A stretch of DNA of 64,000 nucleotides from Patescibacteria group bacterium (GTDB lineage Bacteria > Patescibacteriota > Patescibacteriia > XYB2-FULL-38-15), in assembly GCA_041653675.1 (NCBI GenBank), contig JBAZEY010000005.1, forward strand, positions 10,164-74,163, read 5' to 3'. The notes under the pieces are model-generated. The model was given only the letters and a program-made list of their open reading frames with translations. It was not told where the DNA came from and made no database searches. The first letter of the stretch is position 1. Each line of letters begins with the position of its first letter. The translations under genes and the position numbers were made by a program. This document shows positions 18,490-30,984 of the stretch, piece after piece.

Positions 18490-19905
18490 TTAAATTAATT
18501 TTGCTAATTCTAATATTGTTTTTTCATCAAACCATTTCCCCATAATTTGTAGACCGACCGGCATTTTTTTTACTTCGCCGCAGGGCACGGAAATTGCTGG
18601 GAGACCAGCGATGTTTGCTGAAACCGTGAAAACATCAGATAAATACATTGTGAGCGGATCATCAATTTTTTCTCCAATCTTAAATGCCGTAGTCGGCGCA
18701 GTTGGCATTACTAAACAATCAACTTCTTTAAAAACATTTTCAAAGTCCTCGCGGATTAAAGTTCGCATTTTCTGCGCTTGTAAATAATACGCGTCATAAT
18801 ATCCAGCCGATAGAGTGTATGTTCCAAGCATTATCCGCCGCTTAACTTCATCGCCCAAACCTTCGGCTCGAGTTTTTAAATAAGTTTCCAAAAGAGTTTT
18901 AGATTTTTTTGTTTGATAACCATATCTCACGCCATCATACCTCGCTAAATTTGCCGAAACTTCGGCTGGCACGATTAAATAATAAACGGCGAGAGTGTAT
19001 TCGGCGTGCGGTAAACTTACATCTACAATCTTTGCCCCCATTTTTTTTAATTTATCCACTGTATCGCGCACACATTTCTCTACTTTCGGATCCATTCCAG
19101 AGACAAAATATTCTTTTGGAATCCCTATCTTTAATTTTTTGATATCAATTTTCCCTTTTTTATTTTTATTTTCGACCGTAGTTGAATCCATTTCGTCTTT
19201 CCCTCGAATAGTTTCAAAAACAATTTCCGCGTCTTCTGCAGTTTTTGTAATCGGTCCGATCTGATCCAAGCTTGAAGCCATGGCCATCAAACCATAGCGC
19301 GAAACCGCGCCATAAGTCGGCTTTAAACCAGTCACGCCACAAAATGACGCCGGCTGGCGCACTGAACCGCCGGTATCAGAGCCAAGCGCGTAAATACACA
19401 TATTTGCCGCGACTGCCGCCGCTGAACCGCCGGAAGAGCCGCCCGGCACGCGAGCCGTATCATGTGGATTTTTTGTCGGACCAAAATAGGAAGTTTCGGT
19501 TGAAGCACCCATGGCGAATTCATCCAAATTCGTTTTCCCTAAAATAACCGCACCGGCGATGCGCAATTTTTCCACCGCAGTCGCGTCGTATGAGGCGACG
19601 TAATTTTCTAAAATTTTTGAACCTGAAGTCGCGCGAATATCTTTAACTAAAATATTGTCTTTTAGCGCCATCGGCACGCCCTCCAAAATTCCTATTTCTT
19701 TTCCCGCGGAAATTTTTTTATCAACCGCCTTCGCCTGCTCCAGGGCTTCTTTTTCAGTGACAGTAATAAAAGCATTCAATTTTTTATTCGACTTTTTTAT
19801 CTCCGCCAAACATGCCTTAGTCAAATCAACCGAAGTAAATTTCTTGGCCACTAATCCTTCGTGCGCTTGTTTAATTGTCAATTCATTCAATTTCATATTA
19901 TTCAA
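18490..19905 (-). CDS. gatA: Glu/Asp-tRNA amidotransferase subunit A
   Basis: GKTNLDEFAMG, PGGSSGGS, GSDTGGSVRQP. Confidence 0.96.
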   Translation of the reverse strand: MNNMKLNELTIKQAHEGLVAKKFTSVDLTKACLAEIKKSNKKLNAFITVTEKEALEQAKAVDKKISAGKEIGILEGVPMALKDNILVKDIRATSGSKILENYVASYDATAVEKLRIAGAVILGKTNLDEFAMGASTETSYFGPTKNPHDTARVPGGSSGGSAAAVAANMCIYALGSDTGGSVRQPASFCGVTGLKPTYGAVSRYGLMAMASSLDQIGPITKTAEDAEIVFETIRGKDEMDSTTVENKNKKGKIDIKKLKIGIPKEYFVSGMDPKVEKCVRDTVDKLKKMGAKIVDVSLPHAEYTLAVYYLIVPAEVSANLARYDGVRYGYQTKKSKTLLETYLKTRAEGLGDEVKRRIMLGTYTLSAGYYDAYYLQAQKMRTLIREDFENVFKEVDCLVMPTAPTTAFKIGEKIDDPLTMYLSDVFTVSANIAGLPAISVPCGEVKKMPVGLQIMGKWFDEKTILELAKLI

Positions 19906-20191
19906 AAACCGCTTTTACTTTTACTAAATTATCAATTTTCTCCGGCGCCGCCGCAACCAATTTTTTCATTGTCTCTTCGTCGCATTTTTTGACCTCGTCT
20001 GGCCGCGCCACGTTTTCTAATCCCGTCACCTGCGCCGTGGGTTCCACTTTTTTCAAATCAACTTTCTGCAGTTCTTTAAAGTATCCCAAAATCGCGGACA
20101 ATTGTCCGCCAAATTTCTCCTTTTCTTTTTCGGTTAATTCTAACCGCGCCAAAGTGGCGATGTGCTCAACTTCTTGTTTCGTTAATTTCAT
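19898..20191 (-). CDS. gatC: Glu/Asp-tRNA amidotransferase subunit C
   Basis: VEHIATLARL, adjacent to gatA. Confidence 0.93.
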   Translation of the reverse strand: MKLTKQEVEHIATLARLELTEKEKEKFGGQLSAILGYFKELQKVDLKKVEPTAQVTGLENVARPDEVKKCDEETMKKLVAAAPEKIDNLVKVKAVFE

Positions 20192-20221
20192 ACTTAGTTA
20201 TTATACTGCGCCAGCCACAAA

Positions 20222-22426
<2,205 letters not shown>

Positions 22427-22433
22427 CATAAAA

Positions 22434-23291
22434 TTACGGACAAACAGCCTCGTCCCCTTTCACGAGCGAACGCTCGCTGAAAAGAACATAATCATAAAGT
22501 CCCGACATCGGCGATCTGCGAGGCATTGTTACTCTAATCGCCTGGCGCACCGTGCTATATTTACCAGTTGAACTTAAAACAATTCTCGCAGGAATTGCTA
22601 CCTGCGGCAAAGCGGCATTATCGGCTCCCCAAGCTGTAATTATAACATTATTAATGTCACAATAAAGTGCTTTGACGCGAAGCCGATAAGATTTGACGCT
22701 AGAAAATCCGTTATTAATCGCCGGACTCGCGAGTGCCGAATATTTAAATTTTTGTTCCACCGCGTCCGACCAACCAACTACCGGATCCCATGCAATGTAG
22801 CCAACTTCAATCATCGAAACTGCCGGCGCGATACAATTTGGTGTCCATTCGATTTTAACGGATTCTATCCCCGCGGCAACGGCATTTTCCGGATCAAAAA
22901 GATCAATTTGCATTGAATTATCTTTATCAATTTTTCCGTAGATTTGTTGTTCTCGATCAACGATTGTTCTTGCCCAAGAGGATTGATTATCTAAATTTCC
23001 CTCCGTCGTAAGGCACGCCTCCTTTTCTCCGCCCGAACAAAATCCGTTCTCCTCGCAAGTTCCCACCGGGCAAACCAAAACCGCGTTTTCTTTTCTTAAT
23101 TTATAAATCGCCTGTTCAACGCCCGCCTCGGCGGCATAATAAGCCACGGCGGAAAAATCAATATTCCTCGCTTGTTTAATTTCACTTAAAATAATCGCGC
23201 CAATACCAAGCCCAGCCGTCATAATCACAGCCATTACAAGGAGCGCCAAAAGCAGCACATTACCTTCTTCATTTTTAAAACATTTAAACAT
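22434..23291 (-). CDS. PilX-like minor pilin
   Basis: EEG|NVLLLAL hydrophobic leader, AYYAAEAGVE. Confidence 0.8.
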   Translation of the reverse strand: MFKCFKNEEGNVLLLALLVMAVIMTAGLGIGAIILSEIKQARNIDFSAVAYYAAEAGVEQAIYKLRKENAVLVCPVGTCEENGFCSGGEKEACLTTEGNLDNQSSWARTIVDREQQIYGKIDKDNSMQIDLFDPENAVAAGIESVKIEWTPNCIAPAVSMIEVGYIAWDPVVGWSDAVEQKFKYSALASPAINNGFSSVKSYRLRVKALYCDINNVIITAWGADNAALPQVAIPARIVLSSTGKYSTVRQAIRVTMPRRSPMSGLYDYVLFSERSLVKGDEAVCP

Positions 23292-23292
23292 T

Positions 23293-23871
23293 TTATCTTC
23301 TATAAATTCTGCTTGACACAGTTGTTTCTAAATAAATTGTTTGTTGTTCTTCCACCCGACCACCGATGCCTTTAGTCGCCAAAACAATCGTCACTCTCGG
23401 CTGATTATCGGAATCATAAGTATTTCCCGCATTCATTAAAAACGGATCAACTGCCGGATCGATATAAAATTTTAAATCTTCCACATTATTTCCCTTTGAA
23501 GTAATACTTGCCCAGGTTACTCCCCCGTCGATACTAACCGTGAGACATTTAGCCGTTCCCGCCGGACAATTATCCGCACTTTTTTTAAAAATAATTGAAT
23601 TATTATCCGCGTCCAAAAGCGCCAGCTCGTCTTCGGGCAAAGTTATTCCGGCGGCGTAACCAGCCCAACCATAATCAATCATATCCATTTTTATTTCTTT
23701 AGACATTGCCTCCATGGAGTAACGCGCGTCAGATTGAATTTTTTCTATCGCCAAGGTTCGGCGCTGTGCCTTGCCCGCCATCATAAAAATATCAATAATA
23801 ACAACCGTTGCCACGGAAAAAATTGCGAGTACAACCATCATTTCAACTAATGTAAAACCTTTTTTATTCAT
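23293..23871 (-). CDS. Minor pilin (PilW/GspJ-like)
   Basis: KKG|FTLVE class III signal; the upstream ATG at 23880 lies inside a MITE. Confidence 0.85.
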   Translation of the reverse strand: MNKKGFTLVEMMVVLAIFSVATVVIIDIFMMAGKAQRRTLAIEKIQSDARYSMEAMSKEIKMDMIDYGWAGYAAGITLPEDELALLDADNNSIIFKKSADNCPAGTAKCLTVSIDGGVTWASITSKGNNVEDLKFYIDPAVDPFLMNAGNTYDSDNQPRVTIVLATKGIGGRVEEQQTIYLETTVSSRIYRR

Positions 23872-23873
23872 AA

Positions 23874-24039
23874 GAGACATTTTGGAGAATAATTTTTCGT
23901 TGCGAAACGAAGCAGTTTTGAGCGAAAAAGGCGAACAAACTACGACGTTTAATAAATTTAAATTAAGCGGAGAAGTTTTGAGCCTTTTGCAGCCAAAAAT
24001 GTGAGTTGCAGTAGAAAAGATTATTCTTCAAAGGGTCTC
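23874..24039. mobile_element. 166-bp MITE-like element
   Basis: 25-bp imperfect TIRs GAGAC...GTCTC (20/25); internal AGTTTTGAGC direct repeat. Confidence 0.7.
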
Positions 24040-24041
24040 AA

Positions 24042-24644
24042 CTACCGCCAATTATAAATTTTGTCTTCTAGCGTCACATCTCGCGGACGGCCGGAAATAG
24101 TCCATCTTACTTCCGACCTAACCCTGATGCCAATTTTTTCTTCTCCCCCGCCGCAAGGATTTCCAGTAATCGTTTCCGTCTCTGTCGCCGCGTTAAAACA
24201 AATCGGATCAAGGGTGATGATTCGTGAATAAAGAGTTGCCGTGCCAGCCGGCGGCGCTACGTCTTGTAAATATAAATTTTCCGGACTGCGATATAATTTT
24301 GCCGCGGGATCGGAAACGACGTTCGGCGTAAAATCAAGGCTCCATTTATTCGTTGCCGGTTTAAAAACCGCAATTGCCGTAAAATCGTTTCCCAAAAAAA
24401 GTCCCGAATCCCAAACTAAATTTTTCAACCAATTAGCGTCTCGAAAATTGCGAACAACTTCCGCGCCTTCTTTCGCAAGATTTGAAGCCACCACTCTTGT
24501 CCCAGCTTCGTCTACTCCTTTCAGATTAGAAATGGTAAGTGAAAGGGCCCCCACCAAACCGGTTAAAATTATAGAGATGGCAACAATCATCTCCACCAAA
24601 CTTTGACCCTTTTCCGATTTTAAATTTTGAAAATTAAAAAGCAT
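24042..24644 (-). CDS. Minor pilin (PilV/GspI-like)
   Basis: KG|QSLVE signal, LA.EG.E.VRN.RD.NW. Confidence 0.8.
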   Translation of the reverse strand: MLFNFQNLKSEKGQSLVEMIVAISIILTGLVGALSLTISNLKGVDEAGTRVVASNLAKEGAEVVRNFRDANWLKNLVWDSGLFLGNDFTAIAVFKPATNKWSLDFTPNVVSDPAAKLYRSPENLYLQDVAPPAGTATLYSRIITLDPICFNAATETETITGNPCGGGEEKIGIRVRSEVRWTISGRPRDVTLEDKIYNWR

Positions 24645-24656
24645 AACTCAAATTTT

Positions 24657-25172
24657 TTATTCAACATCAATTCTCCCCGAAACCCGATTGACTAAAATTT
24701 TTCTGATCTTGCCGCTAATATTGTGCTTCAAATCTACTTCTAAAACATTGTCGGCTGTGCCGCCATTAATATAAGCTGTCGGCTTTGGTGGTTTAAAAAC
24801 CACACTGGAATTAGCAAGCGGCTGCACTCCCGTGATGACAACATTCTTTGCGAGAATAATTTTTCCATCCAATAAATCTTCACCCAAATCATATTTTTGA
24901 TTGCCGTTAAAATCAGCAAAAACAATATATTGAAGCGGCGTACCAAGAGTAAAATAAACTCCATATCCTCCTGGGGGCGTTATCCCACCTACCTGCTCTC
25001 CAGCCAAAGCCATATTCTGTGCTTTGCGTAAATTGGAAACAAGGGTATCGGCCGCGATTTTTAATTCATCGCTCTGACTTCCTCCCCGAAAATTTGTAAC
25101 AACCATGGCCGTCACAACGACAAAAATTCCCAAAGAAACAAGAAGTTCAATTATCGTAAAACCTTTTTTCAT
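24657..25172 (-). CDS. Minor pilin (FimT/GspH-like)
   Basis: KKG|FTIIELL, LRKAQNMA. Confidence 0.82.
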   Translation of the reverse strand: MKKGFTIIELLVSLGIFVVVTAMVVTNFRGGSQSDELKIAADTLVSNLRKAQNMALAGEQVGGITPPGGYGVYFTLGTPLQYIVFADFNGNQKYDLGEDLLDGKIILAKNVVITGVQPLANSSVVFKPPKPTAYINGGTADNVLEVDLKHNISGKIRKILVNRVSGRIDVE

Positions 25173-25173
25173 T

Positions 25174-25950
25174 TTAAAAATTTAAATACCAACTTAAAAC
25201 CGACGTACCAAAAAACATAGCAAAAATCGTTCCGGCAGCAAGAAATGTTCCAAATGGTACTTGGCTTTTCATTGTTTTCTTTTTGGAAACTACTAAAGCC
25301 AGACCGACAATCGCGCCCACTACGTAAGCAAAAAATAATGCCACGCCAAGTCCGCCCAACCCCAAAATCAATCCCATCAACGCTCCCAATTTTATATCTC
25401 CTCCACCAATCCATTTTCCTTTTGAAATTATATATTGCAAAAGAAAAAATCCGCCGCCGAGTACGCCCGCGATAAGTGGATCAAAAAGTCCGGCCCAGGA
25501 AATTTCTCCGCCATAAATTAACGGCAGCGTCACGAGAACAACGGCCGCCGCGGGATAAATAATTTTATCTGGAATTAAATAATATTTTAAATCTGAAACA
25601 AAAATCACGATTAGGGTAGCAATGATAAACCAGGTTCTTGCCAAAAGAAAAAAATCATAAGTTGTAAACCGCAGATCGTGAGGCAAATACGCGAATAAAA
25701 ATAAAATCGCCGTAGAAAGTTCCACGAGCGGATATTGCCAAGAAATTGGCTTCCCACAGTGCCGACATTTCCCTTTCTGAATTAAAAAACTCAAAACTGG
25801 AATGAGTTCAAATGGCCCCAAAACGTGGCGGCATTTTGGGCAATGGGACCGGCCGGTTAAAATTGATTCTCCGGCGTGTAGCCGCCAAATTACAACATTC
25901 AAAAAACTGCCGAAAATTAAGCCAAAAATAAAAACAATAACGTGTGCCAT
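25174..25950 (-). CDS. pilD: Prepilin peptidase
   Basis: GSFLNV, RSHCPKC, CRHC, GGGDIKL, PFGTFL. Confidence 0.93.
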   Translation of the reverse strand: MAHVIVFIFGLIFGSFLNVVIWRLHAGESILTGRSHCPKCRHVLGPFELIPVLSFLIQKGKCRHCGKPISWQYPLVELSTAILFLFAYLPHDLRFTTYDFFLLARTWFIIATLIVIFVSDLKYYLIPDKIIYPAAAVVLVTLPLIYGGEISWAGLFDPLIAGVLGGGFFLLQYIISKGKWIGGGDIKLGALMGLILGLGGLGVALFFAYVVGAIVGLALVVSKKKTMKSQVPFGTFLAAGTIFAMFFGTSVLSWYLNF

Positions 25951-25990
25951 ATTCGAGAATTATAACACGAAAACTAACAAAAACCAAACA

Positions 25991-26015
25991 AAAAACTCCC
26001 GCGCGGGAGTTTTTT
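25991..26015. terminator. Terminator after the major pilin
   Basis: AAAAACTCCCGCGCGGGAGTTTTT. Confidence 0.75.
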
Positions 26016-26042
26016 GATCTCTCAAAATTTTGAGACTAAATT

Positions 26043-26522
26043 TTACTGCAGGCCTGCCGGAGTAACTTTGTGAGCTCCCTTTAGCAAATCTCCAGTATTT
26101 CCTTCCAAGTAAAAACAGAATTCGTAAGTAGTAGCCGTCGGGACTACTTTGACGGAATAATTACAAGGAGCTTGGACTGTCGCGTCACAAGCGGCGGCGC
26201 AAGCGGCTGCACCATTCGGATCTTTCAAATTAAGTATCCCTGGCAAAAATTCCGTAATTGGAGTCGCAGGAAGGACTGGACCATTACAAGAGCTAAGCAA
26301 AGCGCCCGGAGCGGCACAACCCGCCATCACGTAAGAATTATTGGCGCTAAACATCAATTCCATGGCTGTCTGAACCTGCTTCATATCTGAAACTCTCTTT
26401 GAGTCTCTTGATTTCTGTCTGGCTGAACTCAAAGCAACGACCGCCAAAGTTGAAAGCAAGCCGATAATGGCGATAACCACCAACAATTCAATCAAAGTGA
26501 AACCTTTTTTATTTTTAAACAT
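26043..26522 (-). CDS. Probable major type IV pilin
   Basis: KKG|FTLIELLVVIAIIGLL, ARQKSRD.KR; own promoter, SD (GGGGTGA) and terminator. Confidence 0.85.
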   Translation of the reverse strand: MFKNKKGFTLIELLVVIAIIGLLSTLAVVALSSARQKSRDSKRVSDMKQVQTAMELMFSANNSYVMAGCAAPGALLSSCNGPVLPATPITEFLPGILNLKDPNGAAACAAACDATVQAPCNYSVKVVPTATTYEFCFYLEGNTGDLLKGAHKVTPAGLQ

Positions 26523-26593
26523 TATTTCACCCCCTTCCAGAAGCCGCGGGGAAACCGCGACTCAAAAGATTAATTTTATTTATTATAACACAT

Positions 26594-27679
26594 TTAAAAC
26601 TGCGTCGCCATGCTATACATTGGCAAAATAACTGCCGCAACCATAATACCAACGCCTATACCCATCAAAAGCATAATGAGCGGTTCCATAATCGTGGTTA
26701 AATTTCTCACCATGTTTTCCGTTTCCCGCGTGTAGAAATCCGTAATGCGCTCTAAGATGACGTCGATTTTTCCGGTTTGCTCGCCAATACCCAACATCTG
26801 CGTCACCATTACGGGAATTTCTTTACTCTTCGCGAAAACTGTCGTAATTGGATTTCCATCTTCCACCTCCCGCATGGTTTCCAAAATCAGATCTTTATAA
26901 ACCGCGTTACCGGTAATTTCCGCAACAATCTTTAAACTCCCGACGGTTTCCACCCCGCCGGTAAGAAGCGTTGTCAGGCCGCGAGTAAAACGAACTATAT
27001 AAATCCTTTTAAACAATTGTCCAAAAATTGGTAATTTTAATTTTAAAGTATCCCAATATTTTCTACCCAAGGGATATGAAATAAGATATCTTATTCCCAT
27101 AACAATTCCAATGATGAGAATCGCGAGCGCCCACCAATAATTTGTCATTACATCCGAAGTTCCAATAAGAATTCTCGTAGAAAGCGGCAATGTCCCTCCC
27201 GTCTCCTGTAAAATATCTGTCAGTTTAGGAATAACAAAAATCATCATTACCACACCGACAGCTACTAAGCTTAATAAAATAAACGCCGGGTAAATCATGG
27301 CGCCTTTTATTTTGCTTTGCAGGTCATAATCTTTTTCTCTTTGTGTCGCGAGATAATCCAAAACTTCATCCAGCTTCCCTGTCGTTTCTCCGGAGCGGAT
27401 TATATTAACAAAAAAATCATCAAAAATATGGGGGTACCGGCCAAGCGCGATAGAAAGTTTTGTTCCCCCTTCTACGTCAGCAGCGAGATTGGCCACAACT
27501 GTCCGTAAACTTTTATTAGTTGTTTGCCGGATTAAAACCTTTAAAGACTGAACAACCGGCACGTCGGCGGAAATCATCACGGAAAGCTGACGAGCAAAAA
27601 TAACCAAGTCCTTCGCCGGAACTCGGTTTAAAAAAGGTATTTTCGCAATATATTTGTCGAGGTTTATATCCATTGCCAT
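26594..27679 (-). CDS. pilC: Type IV pilus platform protein PilC/GspF
   Basis: F.RQLS.MI, GE..GKLD, GAMIYP, GEQTG, IMEP, LPMY. Confidence 0.92.
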   Translation of the reverse strand: MAMDINLDKYIAKIPFLNRVPAKDLVIFARQLSVMISADVPVVQSLKVLIRQTTNKSLRTVVANLAADVEGGTKLSIALGRYPHIFDDFFVNIIRSGETTGKLDEVLDYLATQREKDYDLQSKIKGAMIYPAFILLSLVAVGVVMMIFVIPKLTDILQETGGTLPLSTRILIGTSDVMTNYWWALAILIIGIVMGIRYLISYPLGRKYWDTLKLKLPIFGQLFKRIYIVRFTRGLTTLLTGGVETVGSLKIVAEITGNAVYKDLILETMREVEDGNPITTVFAKSKEIPVMVTQMLGIGEQTGKIDVILERITDFYTRETENMVRNLTTIMEPLIMLLMGIGVGIMVAAVILPMYSMATQF

Positions 27680-27741
27680 AATTTTTCATCTATCACAACT
27701 GGGTAAAAACACAGAGTGTATTCAATATTTCTTAAATAAAA

Positions 27742-28302
27742 TCATCCTTCATCTTCAAATTTAACAACATTTTTTCCCCGCCGCTGGTTTTCTGATTCAA
27801 GTGTTTTAAGCATGCCGAATAAATCTGAGGAGTGTTTAATTTTGTTGAATGTGCCCTCATCTACGAAAAATACTTGCACACCATTTTCTATCATCGCCTC
27901 AAGAGCCGAAGGGACTTCAGTTTTTTCAACCGGAGCAACCGGCTTTTTACTAACCCACTCGTCCTCGCCCATGCCTTTGTGCGGGTCAAAAGAAAAACTG
28001 TCGCTATTAAATTTATAAATTGAACCGCCCTTGTCACACTTTAAAAAACGTTCTTTATCTTTGATTACTACATAAGGAATATCATTTATCTTTCCAATTA
28101 GAGACCATCTATCATCTGTTTCGCTAACTAAAAATGCTGTGGCAAGCGCTAAATCGGGAGTAGCGAAAATTACAGGCCCTTCTTTTGGATCACGGGTGCT
28201 TTTTGCCCGAGGTTCAAATTTCTTAATGTCCCTATTTGATGAAGCATGATATAAAAATGGCGGTTTTTTCTTTTCGGGAGAAAAATGTTGTTCACCTTCC
28301 AT
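27742..28302 (-). CDS. Hypothetical protein, possible ADP-ribosyltransferase-like fold
   Basis: LYHAS and IFAT motifs; inserted between pilB and pilC. Confidence 0.6.
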   Translation of the reverse strand: MEGEQHFSPEKKKPPFLYHASSNRDIKKFEPRAKSTRDPKEGPVIFATPDLALATAFLVSETDDRWSLIGKINDIPYVVIKDKERFLKCDKGGSIYKFNSDSFSFDPHKGMGEDEWVSKKPVAPVEKTEVPSALEAMIENGVQVFFVDEGTFNKIKHSSDLFGMLKTLESENQRRGKNVVKFEDEG

Positions 28303-28347
28303 AAAAATAAATTTTATTTGAACGAACTTTCGTCAAATACTGTACCG

Positions 28348-30081
28348 CTACTCCTGCGTCGCGCGCAAAACTTCTTCTACCGTCGTCAATCCTTCAAGCA
28401 CCTTTAAAAATCCATCTTGCTTCATATTGACCATGCCCTGATTTTTTCTTTCCTCATTAAAATTTTTGATATTAAATCCCTCGGCGATAATTCTTTTTAA
28501 ATTATCCGTAACTTCCAGAACTTCCGAAATTACAACTCGGCCAATATAACCTTCATTATTACAACGAGTGCAGCCTGCTCCGTGCCAAAGCTTAAGAGAA
28601 GAATCTAAATCAACTCCTGGCGGAAAAAATTTCTTCGGCATAGAAGCTAATTCTTTTTTGATATTTTCCGTGACCTCGGCGGGTACAGTAATCTCTTCCT
28701 TGCAATAAGAACAAATTTTTCTAACTAATCGCTGCGCGATGACTACGTTTAAAGTCGATGACAACAAAAATGGTTCTACTTTCATATCAATCAAACGCGG
28801 AATAGATCCAGCGGCGTCATTTGTATGCAGAGTAGAAAAAATTAAATGGCCAGTAAGCGCCGCGTGAATCGCGAGTTCAGCTGTTTCATTATCGCGAATT
28901 TCACCAACCATAATTATATTTGGATCCTGGCGCAAAAGAGAACGAAGCCCGGCCGCAAAAGAAAATCCAATTTCTGGCCTAATTTGCGATTGGTTTATCC
29001 CGCTAATATAATATTCTATCGGGTCTTCTAGGGTAACAATATTAATTCCCTCGCGGTTCACCATAGAAAGCGCCGTATAGAGGGTCGTTGATTTACCAGA
29101 ACCAGTCGGACCAGTAACGAGCAACAATCCATGCGGCCTTTTTATTTCTCGGCTGATAATTTCCACCGCCTGCCCACGAAACCCAAGATCTTCAAGAGAA
29201 ATAGCTTTTGTTGCTGTCTCCAAAACTCTCATCACAACTTTTTCTTGATCCATTAAGGGCAAAGTAGAAATACGAAAATCAACATTGCGGCCATTTATTA
29301 CCTGCCTGATTCTGCCGTCCTGCGGAATTCTCGTCTCGTCCAATTTTAAATTCGCCAAAACTTTGATTCTCGCAATCACGGCCGCGTGAATATAAGCCGG
29401 CAACGCGAGGCGAGGCCGAAGAACACCGTCAATTCTATAGCGAACTCTTGATTCTTTAAACGCGGGTTCAATATGAATATCTGAAGCCTTATTATCAACC
29501 GCATATTTCATAATCATCGCGACCATTTTGGAAACAGGCGCTTTTTTAATCGCTTCCGCCACCTCACCCACCGGAATCTCTTCAATTTCCTTTTCCTCCT
29601 CCCTAAATCTTTCTTCTGCTATTTCCAAAACCTTTTCTACCTCTTTTTTCAAAATCTCATATTTTTTTACGGCGTCCCGGAAACTAGCTGGGGAAATTAT
29701 AAAATATTTAACGGAGAAATTTTTTTCTTTAGCCAAAAAATTAATCGATTCCATGGCTGCAATATTTCCAGGATTTATCATGCCAACATTTACCGTACCA
29801 TCGAGTTTTTCAAAAGCAACGACATGGTTATTCTCCGCGACATCTTTCGAAATAATATTTAAATCTTCATATTTTATTTCTTTGCCAACCAAATTAACAT
29901 AAGGCAAATTAAAAACACGGCCCTTCATTTCGGCCAGCTTTTCTTCCTCAATCTGGCCAGATTCATCAATAAGGGCTTCTATGCTTTTTCCTGTTTTTTG
30001 GCTCTCCTCCATTAATACACCCGCTTTTGCGCCATCAATTAACTTCTCTTGGAGCAGAACACTGAGCAAGGGACTGTCCAT
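28348..30081 (-). CDS. pilB: Type IV pilus assembly ATPase PilB/GspE
   Basis: ASDIHIEP, GPTGSGKS, LRQDP.IIMVGEIRD, TLHTNDA. Confidence 0.94.
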   Translation of the reverse strand: MDSPLLSVLLQEKLIDGAKAGVLMEESQKTGKSIEALIDESGQIEEEKLAEMKGRVFNLPYVNLVGKEIKYEDLNIISKDVAENNHVVAFEKLDGTVNVGMINPGNIAAMESINFLAKEKNFSVKYFIISPASFRDAVKKYEILKKEVEKVLEIAEERFREEEKEIEEIPVGEVAEAIKKAPVSKMVAMIMKYAVDNKASDIHIEPAFKESRVRYRIDGVLRPRLALPAYIHAAVIARIKVLANLKLDETRIPQDGRIRQVINGRNVDFRISTLPLMDQEKVVMRVLETATKAISLEDLGFRGQAVEIISREIKRPHGLLLVTGPTGSGKSTTLYTALSMVNREGINIVTLEDPIEYYISGINQSQIRPEIGFSFAAGLRSLLRQDPNIIMVGEIRDNETAELAIHAALTGHLIFSTLHTNDAAGSIPRLIDMKVEPFLLSSTLNVVIAQRLVRKICSYCKEEITVPAEVTENIKKELASMPKKFFPPGVDLDSSLKLWHGAGCTRCNNEGYIGRVVISEVLEVTDNLKRIIAEGFNIKNFNEERKNQGMVNMKQDGFLKVLEGLTTVEEVLRATQE

Positions 30082-30082
30082 A

Positions 30083-30325
30083 TTAAAACTTCATAAAAGG
30101 ATCAATTTTTCCTTTTTGGCCAACTTCAATTGGCAATGTGATATTTTGTTTTAGATCGTTAAATTTTTCTTCAGAAAAAATTTTGGTATCAAAACTAGTA
30201 TCGATAGTTTTTCCGGCGCTCAAAACACTTTCCGTCTCGCCGATTATTAGCATGCTATACAAAAAATATCCGCCTCCGGCAATAATGAACAATATAACTA
30301 TTAAAATAAGTGCTCTCTTTTTCAT
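30083..30325 (-). CDS. Small membrane-anchored pilus protein (PilP position)
   Basis: N-terminal TM, C-terminal G..DPF. Confidence 0.6.
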   Translation of the reverse strand: MKKRALILIVILFIIAGGGYFLYSMLIIGETESVLSAGKTIDTSFDTKIFSEEKFNDLKQNITLPIEVGQKGKIDPFMKF

Positions 30326-30336
30326 AAAATTAATTT

Positions 30337-30966
30337 TTAAAAACTAACCGCCGCAGAACTGCTTTGTGCCGGCACCACCCGATAAGTTTTTAAATTTAAA
30401 GTATAAGAAGTTGTTTCTGGCGTATAATTTATCGATATTAGGTCTATCAATCTTAAATTTTCTTCCAGGTCGGCTAAAAAATTTTTAAAATCTCCGTATG
30501 CATTTTCCGAATCAGGGCTCGCAGTTAAATTCAAAGAAACCTGGACTTCACTGACCCCTAAATTTTTTAAATCCCCCGCCGCTTCTTTTTCACTTATATC
30601 AACTGCCAAAACAATAATTTTGTTTTTTTGAGCCAAGGATTCAAACAAGGAAAATAACCCCGCCTCATCAACTTCACTGGGCAGCATCGTTTCTATTTTT
30701 TCCCTTTTTTCAGAAGAAATATCAGCGTAATTTTCTAATAATTTATTTGTGCCGCGAAAAAAATTAGACTCATCTTCCAATGCCTTCTTTTGCGAAATAA
30801 TTTTTTCTTGAGCGTCAACTAATCGGCCATATTCCGGCCAAACTAAAATATATCCCGCAACCGCGAAAATTACTATCAATAAAATTAAGAGCAACGACGA
30901 AGATGTTTTTTTCTTCATCTCCGGCTCTTCCTTTGGTTTGGGCTTTGTTTCTTCTACCTTCGCCAT
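30337..30966 (-). CDS. PilO-like protein
   Basis: TM, coiled coil, MLP, F..FL.DLE...RL.D. Confidence 0.78.
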   Translation of the reverse strand: MAKVEETKPKPKEEPEMKKKTSSSLLLILLIVIFAVAGYILVWPEYGRLVDAQEKIISQKKALEDESNFFRGTNKLLENYADISSEKREKIETMLPSEVDEAGLFSLFESLAQKNKIIVLAVDISEKEAAGDLKNLGVSEVQVSLNLTASPDSENAYGDFKNFLADLEENLRLIDLISINYTPETTSYTLNLKTYRVVPAQSSSAAVSF

Positions 30967-30984
30967 AACTATTTTATTCTACAA

